Sequence record: NC_042100.1
Length of the DNA: 64,000 nucleotides
Strand: one strand, 5' to 3'
Position numbers and translations under genes: made by a program
Notes under the pieces: model-generated
What the model was told of the DNA's origin: nothing
The model's database searches: none
The model's input: only the letters and a program-made list of their open reading frames with translations
Shown: positions 9,761 to 18,592 of the stretch, piece by piece
How positions within the stretch are numbered: the first letter of the stretch is position 1
Layout: each line of letters opens with the position of its first letter

Positions 9761-10614
9761 TACATTCTCCCCGGAACTGTTTTGCGGATCATTTCCGCCT
9801 TACGTTGGGTATCAGAGTAACTCATGTATTTCAACCATTTTTCTTCGAAATACTCTTTGTATTCTTTCCATGAGTCAGAGTAGTTATAAACTTCATCACG
9901 GATAGAGTCTACGTTAACACCACCGCGAACCACACCTTCATTGATTTTGTTGCGAACGTTTTTGTAGATGTGTGCTTTGGTTGCTAGCTGACATAGTTCA
10001 GCGAAGTACGGATAAGCTCGAGGGTTGATATGGGATAACGCGTCATCAGACTCTAAGACCAAACGAGCGGTCATGGAGAATATCCCGGACGGGCAATTAC
10101 TGATGATAAACGTATTATTCCCGATCACTTGGATATTGGTAAACGTTTGAGGGATCGCACGGTTAGAACGAAGACCGTTCAACATACCAGCGGTCATATC
10201 ATTCAAAGTACCTTCCCCACAACCTACGTTTTGTGCGGCCATGGAAAGCGCACCACTGGAAGCACCAATGGAACCTTGGTATACCTCCGCCACGGAAATG
10301 ATCTTACGACCACCAGTTACAAAGTCAGGCACTTGGACTTGGATTTTACCTTGACCTAATTGAATGATACTAGATCCAGTTAAATCAAGTAATTCAGTAA
10401 CACCGCCTTGGACGTTACATTGTTTGAGAACTATCCCGTGGATAACTCGTTCACGCAGACCCTGCTCAACGCTGTAGTTAAGCGGATCGGCTAACCAGTT
10501 ATCCACAACGTTCTGGTTGGGGTCAGCGAATGCTAACTCCAGAACGTAGCTCGAGATGTCCCCGCCTTCTATTACTTCGTTGATCGCATAATCTACGCAG
10601 TTCATAATTATCAC
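9760..10614 (-). CDS. Conserved phiKZ-like virion protein (probable)
   Basis: 284-aa ORF with stop/start overlap at 9760. Function inferred from context only. Confidence 0.45.
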   Translation of the reverse strand: MIIMNCVDYAINEVIEGGDISSYVLELAFADPNQNVVDNWLADPLNYSVEQGLRERVIHGIVLKQCNVQGGVTELLDLTGSSIIQLGQGKIQVQVPDFVTGGRKIISVAEVYQGSIGASSGALSMAAQNVGCGEGTLNDMTAGMLNGLRSNRAIPQTFTNIQVIGNNTFIISNCPSGIFSMTARLVLESDDALSHINPRAYPYFAELCQLATKAHIYKNVRNKINEGVVRGGVNVDSIRDEVYNYSDSWKEYKEYFEEKWLKYMSYSDTQRKAEMIRKTVPGRM

Positions 10615-10668
10615 CTTAAGTTAAGAGGTCGGTTACGGTTCAATAAAATTCCAAAAGCAAAAATAAGG

Positions 10669-10690
10669 GGTAGGGGAAACGTCCCCTACC
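10669..10690 (-). terminator. Terminator hairpin (minus strand)
   Basis: GGTAGGGGA-AACG-TCCCCTACC with an A-run on the left, giving a U-tail on the minus strand. Confidence 0.5.
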
Positions 10691-10894
10691 GAACCTTAAA
10701 TATCAACCCAAAGATATTGAAACCCAACGCAAGCAATTCCCGGTCGAAAAGACCACCGACGATCACCAACCAAAGCGTCATTCGTAAAAGAGCCTACTTG
10801 CTATAGAATAGGACAAGAGTATTTAATGTAGGGATTCATTTACTGAGTCCCTCATTTAATGTTAGGTTTCCAATAATTAAAAGGAGTACTGACA

Positions 10895-11488
10895 ATGTCA
10901 TTTGTCTTTTCAGAAATCGTAAAAACACTGCAATTCATTTTGCTTCGTGTCATTTACGATAATTTCGATACCATCGTACATGCCGGTCATCGTGAGATCA
11001 TTCGTCAACAAGGTGTCGGGGTAACGATTGTTAGATTTCGTAATGGGTTACGAGTAACCATGCGACGTGATGAACGTCTTCGTTATTTCATGGATTTTGA
11101 GAACGTTCCTTATCCCCAAGAAACCCGGGGGTTCACCATTACACTTGGTAAAGGTAAAAACCTAGTCAATCATAGGGTAATGAATGACGTCGGGGTGCGG
11201 CTTAATGCCTTTTTGGGTGACTCCGCTTATTCCAGCAATAAAAGTCTCATGATGCGATTTGCTTTAGATTGGGCTAGTAAGGATTTACGCATTAATACCC
11301 CTAGTTGGTTTAGTCGGTTCTTTGGCACCACCACGATTAACCATAACGGTGGGATCTTGAGTGAACTACCTCATCTGACCGTCCGACATACAACCGACTG
11401 GAAGTGGTTGGAAGGAAACAGTAAAGTCAAAGTTGAAGTAGAACTCTTAGGTGGAGTTCGAGAAACCATTTACATGGTACCGGAATAA
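10895..11488 (+). CDS. Hypothetical protein
   Basis: 197-aa ORF with RBS AAGGAG and a downstream terminator. Confidence 0.7.
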   Translation: MSFVFSEIVKTLQFILLRVIYDNFDTIVHAGHREIIRQQGVGVTIVRFRNGLRVTMRRDERLRYFMDFENVPYPQETRGFTITLGKGKNLVNHRVMNDVGVRLNAFLGDSAYSSNKSLMMRFALDWASKDLRINTPSWFSRFFGTTTINHNGGILSELPHLTVRHTTDWKWLEGNSKVKVEVELLGGVRETIYMVPE

Positions 11489-11497
11489 CTTAATGTA

Positions 11498-11527
11498 TTA
11501 GTGGTGGGGCTTCGGTCCTACCACTAA
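11498..11527 (+). terminator. Intrinsic terminator
   Basis: TTAGTGGTGGGGC-TTCG-GTCCTACCACTAA followed by a T-rich tail. Confidence 0.75.
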
Positions 11528-11543
11528 CTTTGTTTTTATTTTT

Positions 11544-11568
11544 ATTCAAATCTATATTATCAACTAGA
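11544..11568 (+). promoter_or_regulatory. Class I phage promoter motif (putative early/vRNAP)
   Basis: ATTCAAATCTATATTATCAACTAGA aligns without gaps to five other intergenic copies. Confidence 0.55.
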
Positions 11569-11600
11569 TGGATCTTCAAATAACACGTCAGGAGCTTACC

Positions 11601-12149
11601 ATGAATCACTTTATAGAGACTCTGTTATTCTTTCAATTTTACGAAAACATCGAACCTTGGTTAGAAGAAAGGTTTAAGGCAATCGATGAAGGGCTGGAAG
11701 CCCAACCTTGTGGTCAGGTCGTTCGTTTTAACGAACTGGATGTCACTTACCAAATCACAAAATCTGGAGTAGTACGACTCCACGTAGATTGGTTGCAACA
11801 CCGAGCCTACGGACAAGTGTACAATTTTCATCGAGAGGATGACTTAGCGTTACAGTCGTTTAAAGATACCTTCAAAGAACATGTTTCACCTAAGAAGGTA
11901 AAATCGGCGAAGTTTAATCTCACCCAAACGATTAAAGCGAATATACCTAAACGAATATTAGACTCTATGGAGTCAGGGGAACTCACTCATTACCAAGCAG
12001 TGTACGGGACACTCAATACTCCGTTTTCTGCTTTTGTGCAACCTCGTATTCGAATCTTTGGTGGACGTAGTTACGAACTCGTCTTCAGTTTTCAAACCCC
12101 ATTAGGAGGATATAAAGAATGCGTAATCGGAGATCTGGAAACAGCTTAG
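11601..12149 (+). CDS. Hypothetical protein
   Basis: The track starts at 11568. AGGAG at 11590-11594 favours the ATG at 11601. Confidence 0.7.
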   Translation: MNHFIETLLFFQFYENIEPWLEERFKAIDEGLEAQPCGQVVRFNELDVTYQITKSGVVRLHVDWLQHRAYGQVYNFHREDDLALQSFKDTFKEHVSPKKVKSAKFNLTQTIKANIPKRILDSMESGELTHYQAVYGTLNTPFSAFVQPRIRIFGGRSYELVFSFQTPLGGYKECVIGDLETA

Positions 12150-12742
12150 ATTTAATTAACCGCACTCATTTGTTGTTATTGTTAAAAGACCTAACCACGG
12201 AACTAAAACAAGTCATTAATTTAAGGATTAATGATTTTGACCAACATAACCGAGTTAAGGTTTTCAACATCATCAATGAAAAGAGAGAATGTGAATGCAC
12301 GTTATTCAATGAAGGTGAGGAGTTAATACTCTCCCTCTATGGATTACGTCATGTACTAGGAGAAGGAGTGAGTGAAGGTTTTGTATATCGTTTCGATCCT
12401 AAATCTAAAGAAGAGATCGAAGAAGTACAAACCCTGTTGTACGAAACCTTTGAACCTTACTTTAAGAAATACCTTACTGACGTTATCTTGAACGATTATT
12501 ACCAAGAGTTAACGGGTCGTATATCCGCGATCAAAACTTCTAATCTCTGGGATATCCGATCTCATTTGAGTAAAGAACAAGTCACGGGCTTATATTTCTT
12601 TGACAAATACTTACGAGCGGAACTGGTTATGGTTAGGCGTGGTAAGTCTAAAGGGAAAGCTCACTATCGTATCACTCGCACTAGTTTATCCTTTGTTAAA
12701 GATACAGTGACGTTACCTGCGGATAACTCACTAAGTGATTAA
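12119..12742 (+). CDS. Hypothetical protein
   Basis: 207-aa ORF with AGGAGGA 8 nt upstream of the ATG. Confidence 0.7.
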   Translation: MRNRRSGNSLDLINRTHLLLLLKDLTTELKQVINLRINDFDQHNRVKVFNIINEKRECECTLFNEGEELILSLYGLRHVLGEGVSEGFVYRFDPKSKEEIEEVQTLLYETFEPYFKKYLTDVILNDYYQELTGRISAIKTSNLWDIRSHLSKEQVTGLYFFDKYLRAELVMVRRGKSKGKAHYRITRTSLSFVKDTVTLPADNSLSD

Positions 12743-12755
12743 AAACTAAGTGACA

Positions 12756-12767
12756 TACATTATATGT
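12756..12767 (+). promoter_or_regulatory. Class II promoter core (TATG type)
   Basis: TACATTATATGT is identical to the core at 22049-22060 and precedes a ~380-nt non-coding stretch. Confidence 0.5.
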
Positions 12768-12830
12768 TACAAAAACCTTTTTCTCACTCTTTTTTATCCA
12801 CTCTAAAATGACGTATAAAAACGCATTTTA

Positions 12831-12930
12831 GGGAGGGGTTTGGGGTGGGTTCTAGGTCATGGGTGGGTTCGTAGGTCAAGTTGAGTCAAGTTGAAGAAAG
12901 AGTCAAGTTGAGAAAGTTTAAGTCAAGTTA
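12831..12930 (+). repeat. G-quadruplex motif plus GTCAAGTTGA direct repeats
   Basis: GGG-A-GGGG-TTT-GGGG-T-GGG at 12831-12849. GGGTGGGTTC(G)TAGGTCA occurs twice. GTCAAGTTGA at 12875, 12885 and 12902, and GTCAAGTTA at 12922. Confidence 0.8.
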
Positions 12931-13146
12931 AAAAGATTGGGAAAGAAAGTTAGAACTTTTATATTAATATATCTAACTATAGAGTATGACCTCCTTACAA
13001 CGTAACGAGTATAACGAGTGAAGTGGTTAAGGTAAAGAGTCATACGTTAAGAAGGTATAGATACATAGTAGGATATCCGTTAAGGAGTCCTACTAGGGTT
13101 TATACTGCATTTTGAATATTTATACGTTAATTAAGGTTATTAGACC

Positions 13147-13539
13147 ATGAATGAAAAAGAAGTATTAGCTGGGTTAGTTAGCAGAGCGTTACACTTAGGG
13201 GTAGGGTTAGTACTAGAGGAAGGAGATCATAAAGTTCTACTTAAGACTTACGAGATCCGTAATAAGTTAGAGTCAGCAGGTTATCACTTAGAGGTTCACC
13301 TAGAGCGTATAGGGGAGCGTTATAAGCTACGTACTGTAGGGTTAGTTGAACTAGGGTATAGTAACTTAACGTTAGACTATGGCTTAGGAGAACGAATAGA
13401 CTTAAATACGTTCGGGGATTTAGATAAGGACAGTTTAATTAGCTTTATAGGTAGTAGAGCATTAGACTTTATCGATTTACCCATTATCCATAATAACGAA
13501 TTAATCTTACACTACAACGTACCACCTATTAAGTTATAA
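13147..13539 (+). CDS. Hypothetical protein, paralog of 16117-16461
   Basis: 130-aa ORF. LVSRALHLGVGLVLEEGDHKVLLK resembles LVEQTISEGKGEVLTHEGKVTLK. Confidence 0.6.
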   Translation: MNEKEVLAGLVSRALHLGVGLVLEEGDHKVLLKTYEIRNKLESAGYHLEVHLERIGERYKLRTVGLVELGYSNLTLDYGLGERIDLNTFGDLDKDSLISFIGSRALDFIDLPIIHNNELILHYNVPPIKL

Positions 13540-13556
13540 GACTAGGAGTAACTACC

Positions 13557-14027
13557 ATGAATGCAGCAAATCGAATTAAAGTAAGTAAAGCACTAATCCC
13601 AGTGATCTTAGGTTGGGTAGAACTTGCTACCTTTACAGACGCTAAGCGTTTAAAGACCAAACACCAAGGACATAAGGTTATAGCGAGCCTTACGTTGCCT
13701 TGGGATAAGGATAAACAAATAGCTGTAAAAGTATTATCCGTAGATACCGTAAGCTTTACGGTCGTCGTAGAAGGTATGGCTTACGTAGATCGTACTGGGA
13801 TCTGTTTAAACGTAATGAACGAAGAAGTGTTATTCAACGAAGCGTATGAAGCTTTGAGAAGACGATCTGAAGGTTACTTAGACGTTTTACACCACTTAGC
13901 TAAAGAAACGCCGGAACTATTACCAGAGCTTACTTTCGAAGTAACGGATAGACACTTTACCGTTACACATAAAACTATACAAGATATTGGACTGGCTTTT
14001 CCTATTAACAAAAAACGAGAGTTTTAA
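13557..14027 (+). CDS. Hypothetical protein, short member of the paralog family
   Basis: RBS AGGAG. Its N-domain (LTLPW...TVVVEGMAYV) matches 14031 (FKLPW...TIVTEGLRHL). Confidence 0.7.
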   Translation: MNAANRIKVSKALIPVILGWVELATFTDAKRLKTKHQGHKVIASLTLPWDKDKQIAVKVLSVDTVSFTVVVEGMAYVDRTGICLNVMNEEVLFNEAYEALRRRSEGYLDVLHHLAKETPELLPELTFEVTDRHFTVTHKTIQDIGLAFPINKKREF

Positions 14028-14030
14028 ATC

Positions 14031-15035
14031 ATGAACTTAGTAACAAAATCTAAATTACAATTAGCTTTGGCTTCGTTAGTCAAAGAGTGGTTACAACTCG
14101 CTCCTCGGGTCAGTGCTGCGAAACCGTTAGGGGAGGACTTACTTATCGCTAAGTTTAAACTTCCTTGGGGGAACGACACGGTGTTCATTAAAGCGATAGC
14201 ACGAACACGGAATGGTTGTACTATCGTCACTGAAGGTTTACGTCATTTAAACTTAAGTAACGTATTTAGTGAAGTGTATGTTGAACCAACCATCATCATC
14301 CAAGATAAGGTTTACCACCAAAACCTTTCGTTAGTTGGGAACTTACATCGCCATGCGTTCATTGAGTTGATCCAAGCTGGGGATTTGGGAGTAGAAGACA
14401 TTATCATCGAACCTACTGACGAAGGAGTAAAGGTCAGTACGAAAGAAGGGATGTGTTCGATGACCACTACACTACATTCTCATGCAACACGAGGATCGGA
14501 ACACTATGCCGCTCACGGACATATGGTAGTGCAACGAGAGTGTTTGGCTAAGACACTACTTAACAAGGCGTTATACGAACTCCCAGACATCTTAGAGCGG
14601 TTAATGCTGATGCCACTACCGGGTCCTCGGTTAACACCTAAGCGAGAGCGTATTATCAAGCTCCCGATAAGTAACGTTACTCAATACACACTTTACTTAG
14701 AATACCGTCGTGAATTAATTTACTTGGTGTTAGATACCGGTGAAGGGTTAATGGAATTTCTAGTTCCCCGAGAATACTTAGTTCGAGAACGTTGGGTGAA
14801 AGATCTAGTGACACACTTGAAGCATACTTTCTTACTCAGCAGACACGTCGACTTAAAGGAGGCGTATCGTCTCTGTAAGGAGCTAGAAACCCTTAATAAT
14901 GATTATGGTAGTATATCAGTCGATGAAGACAACGAAACCGCTCTAGTGAACGTACACGAGCATTTATTGCCATACCACCAAAAACGTGTTTTCGAATTCA
15001 CGACGAAAATCGAAACTAAACCACTTAAAATTTAA
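14031..15035 (+). CDS. Hypothetical protein, paralog family
   Basis: 334-aa ORF with visible similarity to 13557, 15066 and 16458. Confidence 0.75.
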   Translation: MNLVTKSKLQLALASLVKEWLQLAPRVSAAKPLGEDLLIAKFKLPWGNDTVFIKAIARTRNGCTIVTEGLRHLNLSNVFSEVYVEPTIIIQDKVYHQNLSLVGNLHRHAFIELIQAGDLGVEDIIIEPTDEGVKVSTKEGMCSMTTTLHSHATRGSEHYAAHGHMVVQRECLAKTLLNKALYELPDILERLMLMPLPGPRLTPKRERIIKLPISNVTQYTLYLEYRRELIYLVLDTGEGLMEFLVPREYLVRERWVKDLVTHLKHTFLLSRHVDLKEAYRLCKELETLNNDYGSISVDEDNETALVNVHEHLLPYHQKRVFEFTTKIETKPLKI

Positions 15036-15065
15036 TTCAACCACACCTAAGAAGGAAACTCGATC

Positions 15066-16085
15066 ATGTTCCGTCAAAAACCAGAAAAACTATCTCAAGC
15101 TAAACTTAACTTCATCACCCGTCCATTGGTAAAACATTGGATCCTAGAAGCACACCGTATCGTCAAAGAACCCGGGTTTGTCGGTAAAATAGTGGTGGGT
15201 GCGTGTGGATACAGACACCAAGACATCATCATTAAGGTAGAAGCTATCGACGATAAACCAGATCATTACCTGATGACCGCTATGAACATTCCTTTCATGA
15301 ACAGTGATTGGGAAGTGGAAGTCCATAAACACGTTAGCCTCACAACCCAGCGTATCCCAGAGATTAATGAAGTTCTGGACTCTGTGACAACCTTTGGGGA
15401 ACGTGAGCTATTGAATCTAACCATGAGTAACCCTTCTAGTCTAGCAGAAATAGGGATTAACGTCTATGGGTGCAATAGTGCGATACACCACTTAGACCCT
15501 AAAGTTTTCAATGTTCATTATCAGGGTATCGGATACCCGCTAAGTATTGATGAACCTAAGACTTACCCAGAGTCCGAGATGACTTACGATGAAACCATTT
15601 TGGAAACACGGACCGCAATAACTGAGATTATCTCTGCCGAGATAGCTCGTTACCTCCCTTACGAAGTTGAACAAGCTTTGATGAAGAATCAGATCTTGTT
15701 TGGTGATGACCGATACCGCCCTGTAGTTTTAGCTAACGTTCCCGTTCACCAGAACGCTGGGTTCTCGGTCGTGTTGGATTATAACGGTGAACACTTTAGT
15801 TTGCTTATTAACTTAGTTAATGGTCATCGTGAAAAGTTTGACTTAGCACTTAATCACGTTGAGCGCAATGAACAACTTCATGAGATCAGTGATTGGATTC
15901 GTGGGATGTGTCGTACCACCGAACGTCAATTCGAACTCATTACCGAGTGTTATGACCGAGTTCGTAGTCAACCGACTCATTACGGTCGTCTAGATAAAAA
16001 TTCAGAAACAGGCGAAATCGATTTGATCTTGGATAAAGATCTCTTCACAAGAGACATTCGTGTACTACTCGTACCGGGCAAATAA
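15066..16085 (+). CDS. Hypothetical protein, paralog family
   Basis: 339-aa ORF with RBS AAGGA and similar architecture to 14031. Confidence 0.75.
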   Translation: MFRQKPEKLSQAKLNFITRPLVKHWILEAHRIVKEPGFVGKIVVGACGYRHQDIIIKVEAIDDKPDHYLMTAMNIPFMNSDWEVEVHKHVSLTTQRIPEINEVLDSVTTFGERELLNLTMSNPSSLAEIGINVYGCNSAIHHLDPKVFNVHYQGIGYPLSIDEPKTYPESEMTYDETILETRTAITEIISAEIARYLPYEVEQALMKNQILFGDDRYRPVVLANVPVHQNAGFSVVLDYNGEHFSLLINLVNGHREKFDLALNHVERNEQLHEISDWIRGMCRTTERQFELITECYDRVRSQPTHYGRLDKNSETGEIDLILDKDLFTRDIRVLLVPGK

Positions 16086-16116
16086 CATAAATTAAACGTC
16101 AGTTGGACCAAGGAAA

Positions 16117-16461
16117 ATGGAAAAACATAATTACCAAGAAATGGCTTTGTCGTTAGTAGAACAAACTATTAGCGAAGGTAAAGGTGAGGTCTTAACCCAC
16201 GAAGGTAAGGTTACTTTAAAATTAGAAGGTAACGACTTACTCCTTATCATCAACGAAATCGTACACCGTTACAATGGATTACGCCTGCTAGACCGTAAGG
16301 GTCTAGCAGGATCCATAGAACGAGTACTTAACTTAACACTAAACACACCTGACTTAGGACACGAAGCTCAAGTGTTGTTCGATTTAGACCGAGGGACCTT
16401 CTGGCTGGATCCCCTTAAGCGCGTCATCACCAACTACTTACTAAACAGGAAAGCAGCATGA
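16117..16461 (+). CDS. Hypothetical protein, paralog of 13147
   Basis: 114-aa ORF with RBS AAGGA. ATGA overlap with the next gene. Confidence 0.7.
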   Translation: MEKHNYQEMALSLVEQTISEGKGEVLTHEGKVTLKLEGNDLLLIINEIVHRYNGLRLLDRKGLAGSIERVLNLTLNTPDLGHEAQVLFDLDRGTFWLDPLKRVITNYLLNRKAA

Positions 16462-17411
16462 ACACTAAATTAATCAACCTAGGTTTAAAAGGTTTATTTC
16501 AACACGCACTTCGTTCGATCCCTATTATCGTGGAGAAAGACTACTCCAAAGCTATGATGCATGATCTCTACGCTGCAAGGGTAACTAGTGGTGCGTGGGT
16601 TTCCCTCTCGTTTTATTGGAAAGAAGGTGACACGATTGTTGTTACAACAAAAGGGATGTCCCACATTGCTCAAACAGATTTTTCTTTTGATTACAACCCA
16701 AAGTACGGACATGACTTTGAAAAACTCATTCCTCACTCATGGAAACAAAAAGTCTCTGAAGGTGTTATCCGAACTTTCTTAAAGGCAGCCGACACTTATA
16801 ACTTCGAAACGGGATTGATCAGGAGTAAGGAAGGTGAAACTCTAAGTTACTCAATGGGGTCTGACTTGGTACCGGATTTGAAATTCAATCTTAATCCGAC
16901 TTTTGAATACGAACCTATCGAGTCATTAGTTAGAATGAGAGAGAAAATATATTTGTTGTTGGTGAAAGTAGCGCTCACAAACCTACAAGCATATATCGAA
17001 CACGAGATCGCCACACAAGCTCATTTAAGTGAACTCGGGAAACCTTTAGTGGATTTCCCGCACATTCAAGGTGACCGATTACAAGTAGGATTAAGACAGT
17101 ACGGTAGCGCGACACTCCACTTCGTTATCCCACTACCTTCTGGGGAAGAGTTGGTCTACTTGGTTCCTGAGTCCCGAGAAGACCGTCAAGTTTGGTATAA
17201 ACATATTCAAGAACTCGTCAATGAGGAATTAGGGTCTTTTGATCATTCTTCAGTATGCCGAGGGTTATCGCAAGTTTATCGCAACACCAATAACGGGATG
17301 TTTGTTTTTAAACCCACGCCTCACGACGGTGTTGACGTAATGGTCGTTGACCAGTCACTTTTACCGTGGGCAAGTGAACATACTCGTGAGATCTCTTACA
17401 TGCTCAAATAA
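16458..17411 (+). CDS. Hypothetical protein, paralog family
   Basis: 317-aa ORF. C-terminal LHFVIPLPSGEELVYLVP resembles 14031 IYLVLDTGEGLMEFLVP. Confidence 0.75.
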   Translation: MNTKLINLGLKGLFQHALRSIPIIVEKDYSKAMMHDLYAARVTSGAWVSLSFYWKEGDTIVVTTKGMSHIAQTDFSFDYNPKYGHDFEKLIPHSWKQKVSEGVIRTFLKAADTYNFETGLIRSKEGETLSYSMGSDLVPDLKFNLNPTFEYEPIESLVRMREKIYLLLVKVALTNLQAYIEHEIATQAHLSELGKPLVDFPHIQGDRLQVGLRQYGSATLHFVIPLPSGEELVYLVPESREDRQVWYKHIQELVNEELGSFDHSSVCRGLSQVYRNTNNGMFVFKPTPHDGVDVMVVDQSLLPWASEHTREISYMLK

Positions 17412-17416
17412 GCCCC

Positions 17417-17441
17417 TAGGGGCTCCTTAGAGGAGCCCCTA
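17417..17441 (+). terminator. Terminator-like hairpin
   Basis: TAGGGGCTCCT-TAG-AGGAGCCCCTA immediately after the stop. Confidence 0.6.
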
Positions 17442-17506
17442 ATACTCCATTCGATAAATCATACCAATCTTTTTTAATTAAGCTCTTAGAGCCTTAAGGA
17501 ACCATT

Positions 17507-18265
17507 ATGAACAAACAATGTCCTTTTACTTTACACATGGGTTATGGTCTACACGGCATGCCTATTCCTCACCCACCTTCAAGCATACATACGTTTGAAT
17601 CTCGTTTAGAGATGATGTCTAAGTTGGCTTACGCTTATCGAAGTTTTGACAATGCGTTCCAATGGATTGTTGATGTTTCTAATCAACTCCACCAAGACCG
17701 CGCTCAATCGTGGGATTTTGCTTATAAAAATCACCTCCTAATTTCTCCCGATAATTACGATAACCGTCAGTTCTCAATCGAACACCATAACCGTAAACGC
17801 AGTAGCATCACCATAACGGAATCCTACAATAAACTAAACCCTGACTTTTCGTTTAAGCTGGAATTCAGAGAAGGTAATGGATACGAACTTACTTGGGATT
17901 TACCTTGGGGTTTGTTTAAAAACCGGAACAACGAAGAGTGGTTTCATAAACGTCACTTTAATTTCAAGTTCAACACGTTAACTGAACCCGGCATCAAAGC
18001 CATGGTAGAGACCATCACCCAAGATATGTGGTTGGATCGTTTTAAAGTAGATAAAGAACTCGAAGCTTTCATACACGTGGTGAAGCCCTGTCCTAAGTTT
18101 AACTGGTTCAAATCAGAGCACGCCATCACCCGACCTTCTCCCATCAATGATGATTGCATGGATTCGGAACTAATTATTAGTCGTGTTCCCTTGAGACGAG
18201 AGTTGGTTACCTTACGTGGAACTTATAACGAACTCAGCGGTCTTAAGACCCACTTCATATTCTAA
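17507..18265 (+). CDS. Hypothetical protein
   Basis: 252-aa ORF with RBS AAGGA. Confidence 0.7.
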   Translation: MNKQCPFTLHMGYGLHGMPIPHPPSSIHTFESRLEMMSKLAYAYRSFDNAFQWIVDVSNQLHQDRAQSWDFAYKNHLLISPDNYDNRQFSIEHHNRKRSSITITESYNKLNPDFSFKLEFREGNGYELTWDLPWGLFKNRNNEEWFHKRHFNFKFNTLTEPGIKAMVETITQDMWLDRFKVDKELEAFIHVVKPCPKFNWFKSEHAITRPSPINDDCMDSELIISRVPLRRELVTLRGTYNELSGLKTHFIF

Positions 18266-18297
18266 AGTTATTTCCTAACGGATAATATATTATATGT
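18265..18297 (+). promoter_or_regulatory. Class II promoter with upstream AAGTTATTTCCTAAC box
   Basis: AAGTTATTTCCTAAC-GGATAA-TATATTATATGT. The same box and spacing recur at 22028-22060. Confidence 0.65.
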
Positions 18298-18592
18298 ACT
18301 AAAAAGAATCCGTCGAAGACCCCCTGAAAAGGATGGGAAAGGGTTATTTTTACATACGAGTTATAGTAGTACTCCTTAGAGTGATCTATGAGGTACGAAT
18401 AGTCACGGTGAGTGTTGTAGTACGAAGTACGTAAACACGATAAAAGGAGTGTACTACGTATAACGAGTAGTAGTTCATGTAATAGGCTTGCTGTAATCAG
18501 ATAAAGGAATTATATCCCTATATTACTAAGGGGATATAAAACTGAGTCATTTAAGTTATTAGGATAATAACGTTAGTAGGAGTAGATTCAAC

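Noticed and set aside
10697-10839. Minus-strand frame MNPYIKYSCPIL*QVGS... suggesting TAG read-through
   Set aside because: TAG ends bona fide genes here (20622, 49807, 51348), so there is no evidence of stop-codon reassignment. The fragment is short and unconvincing.
12875-12930. Possible CRISPR mini-array
   Set aside because: The repeats are 10 nt with 0-10 nt gaps, with no spacer-length unique sequences and no cas genes.
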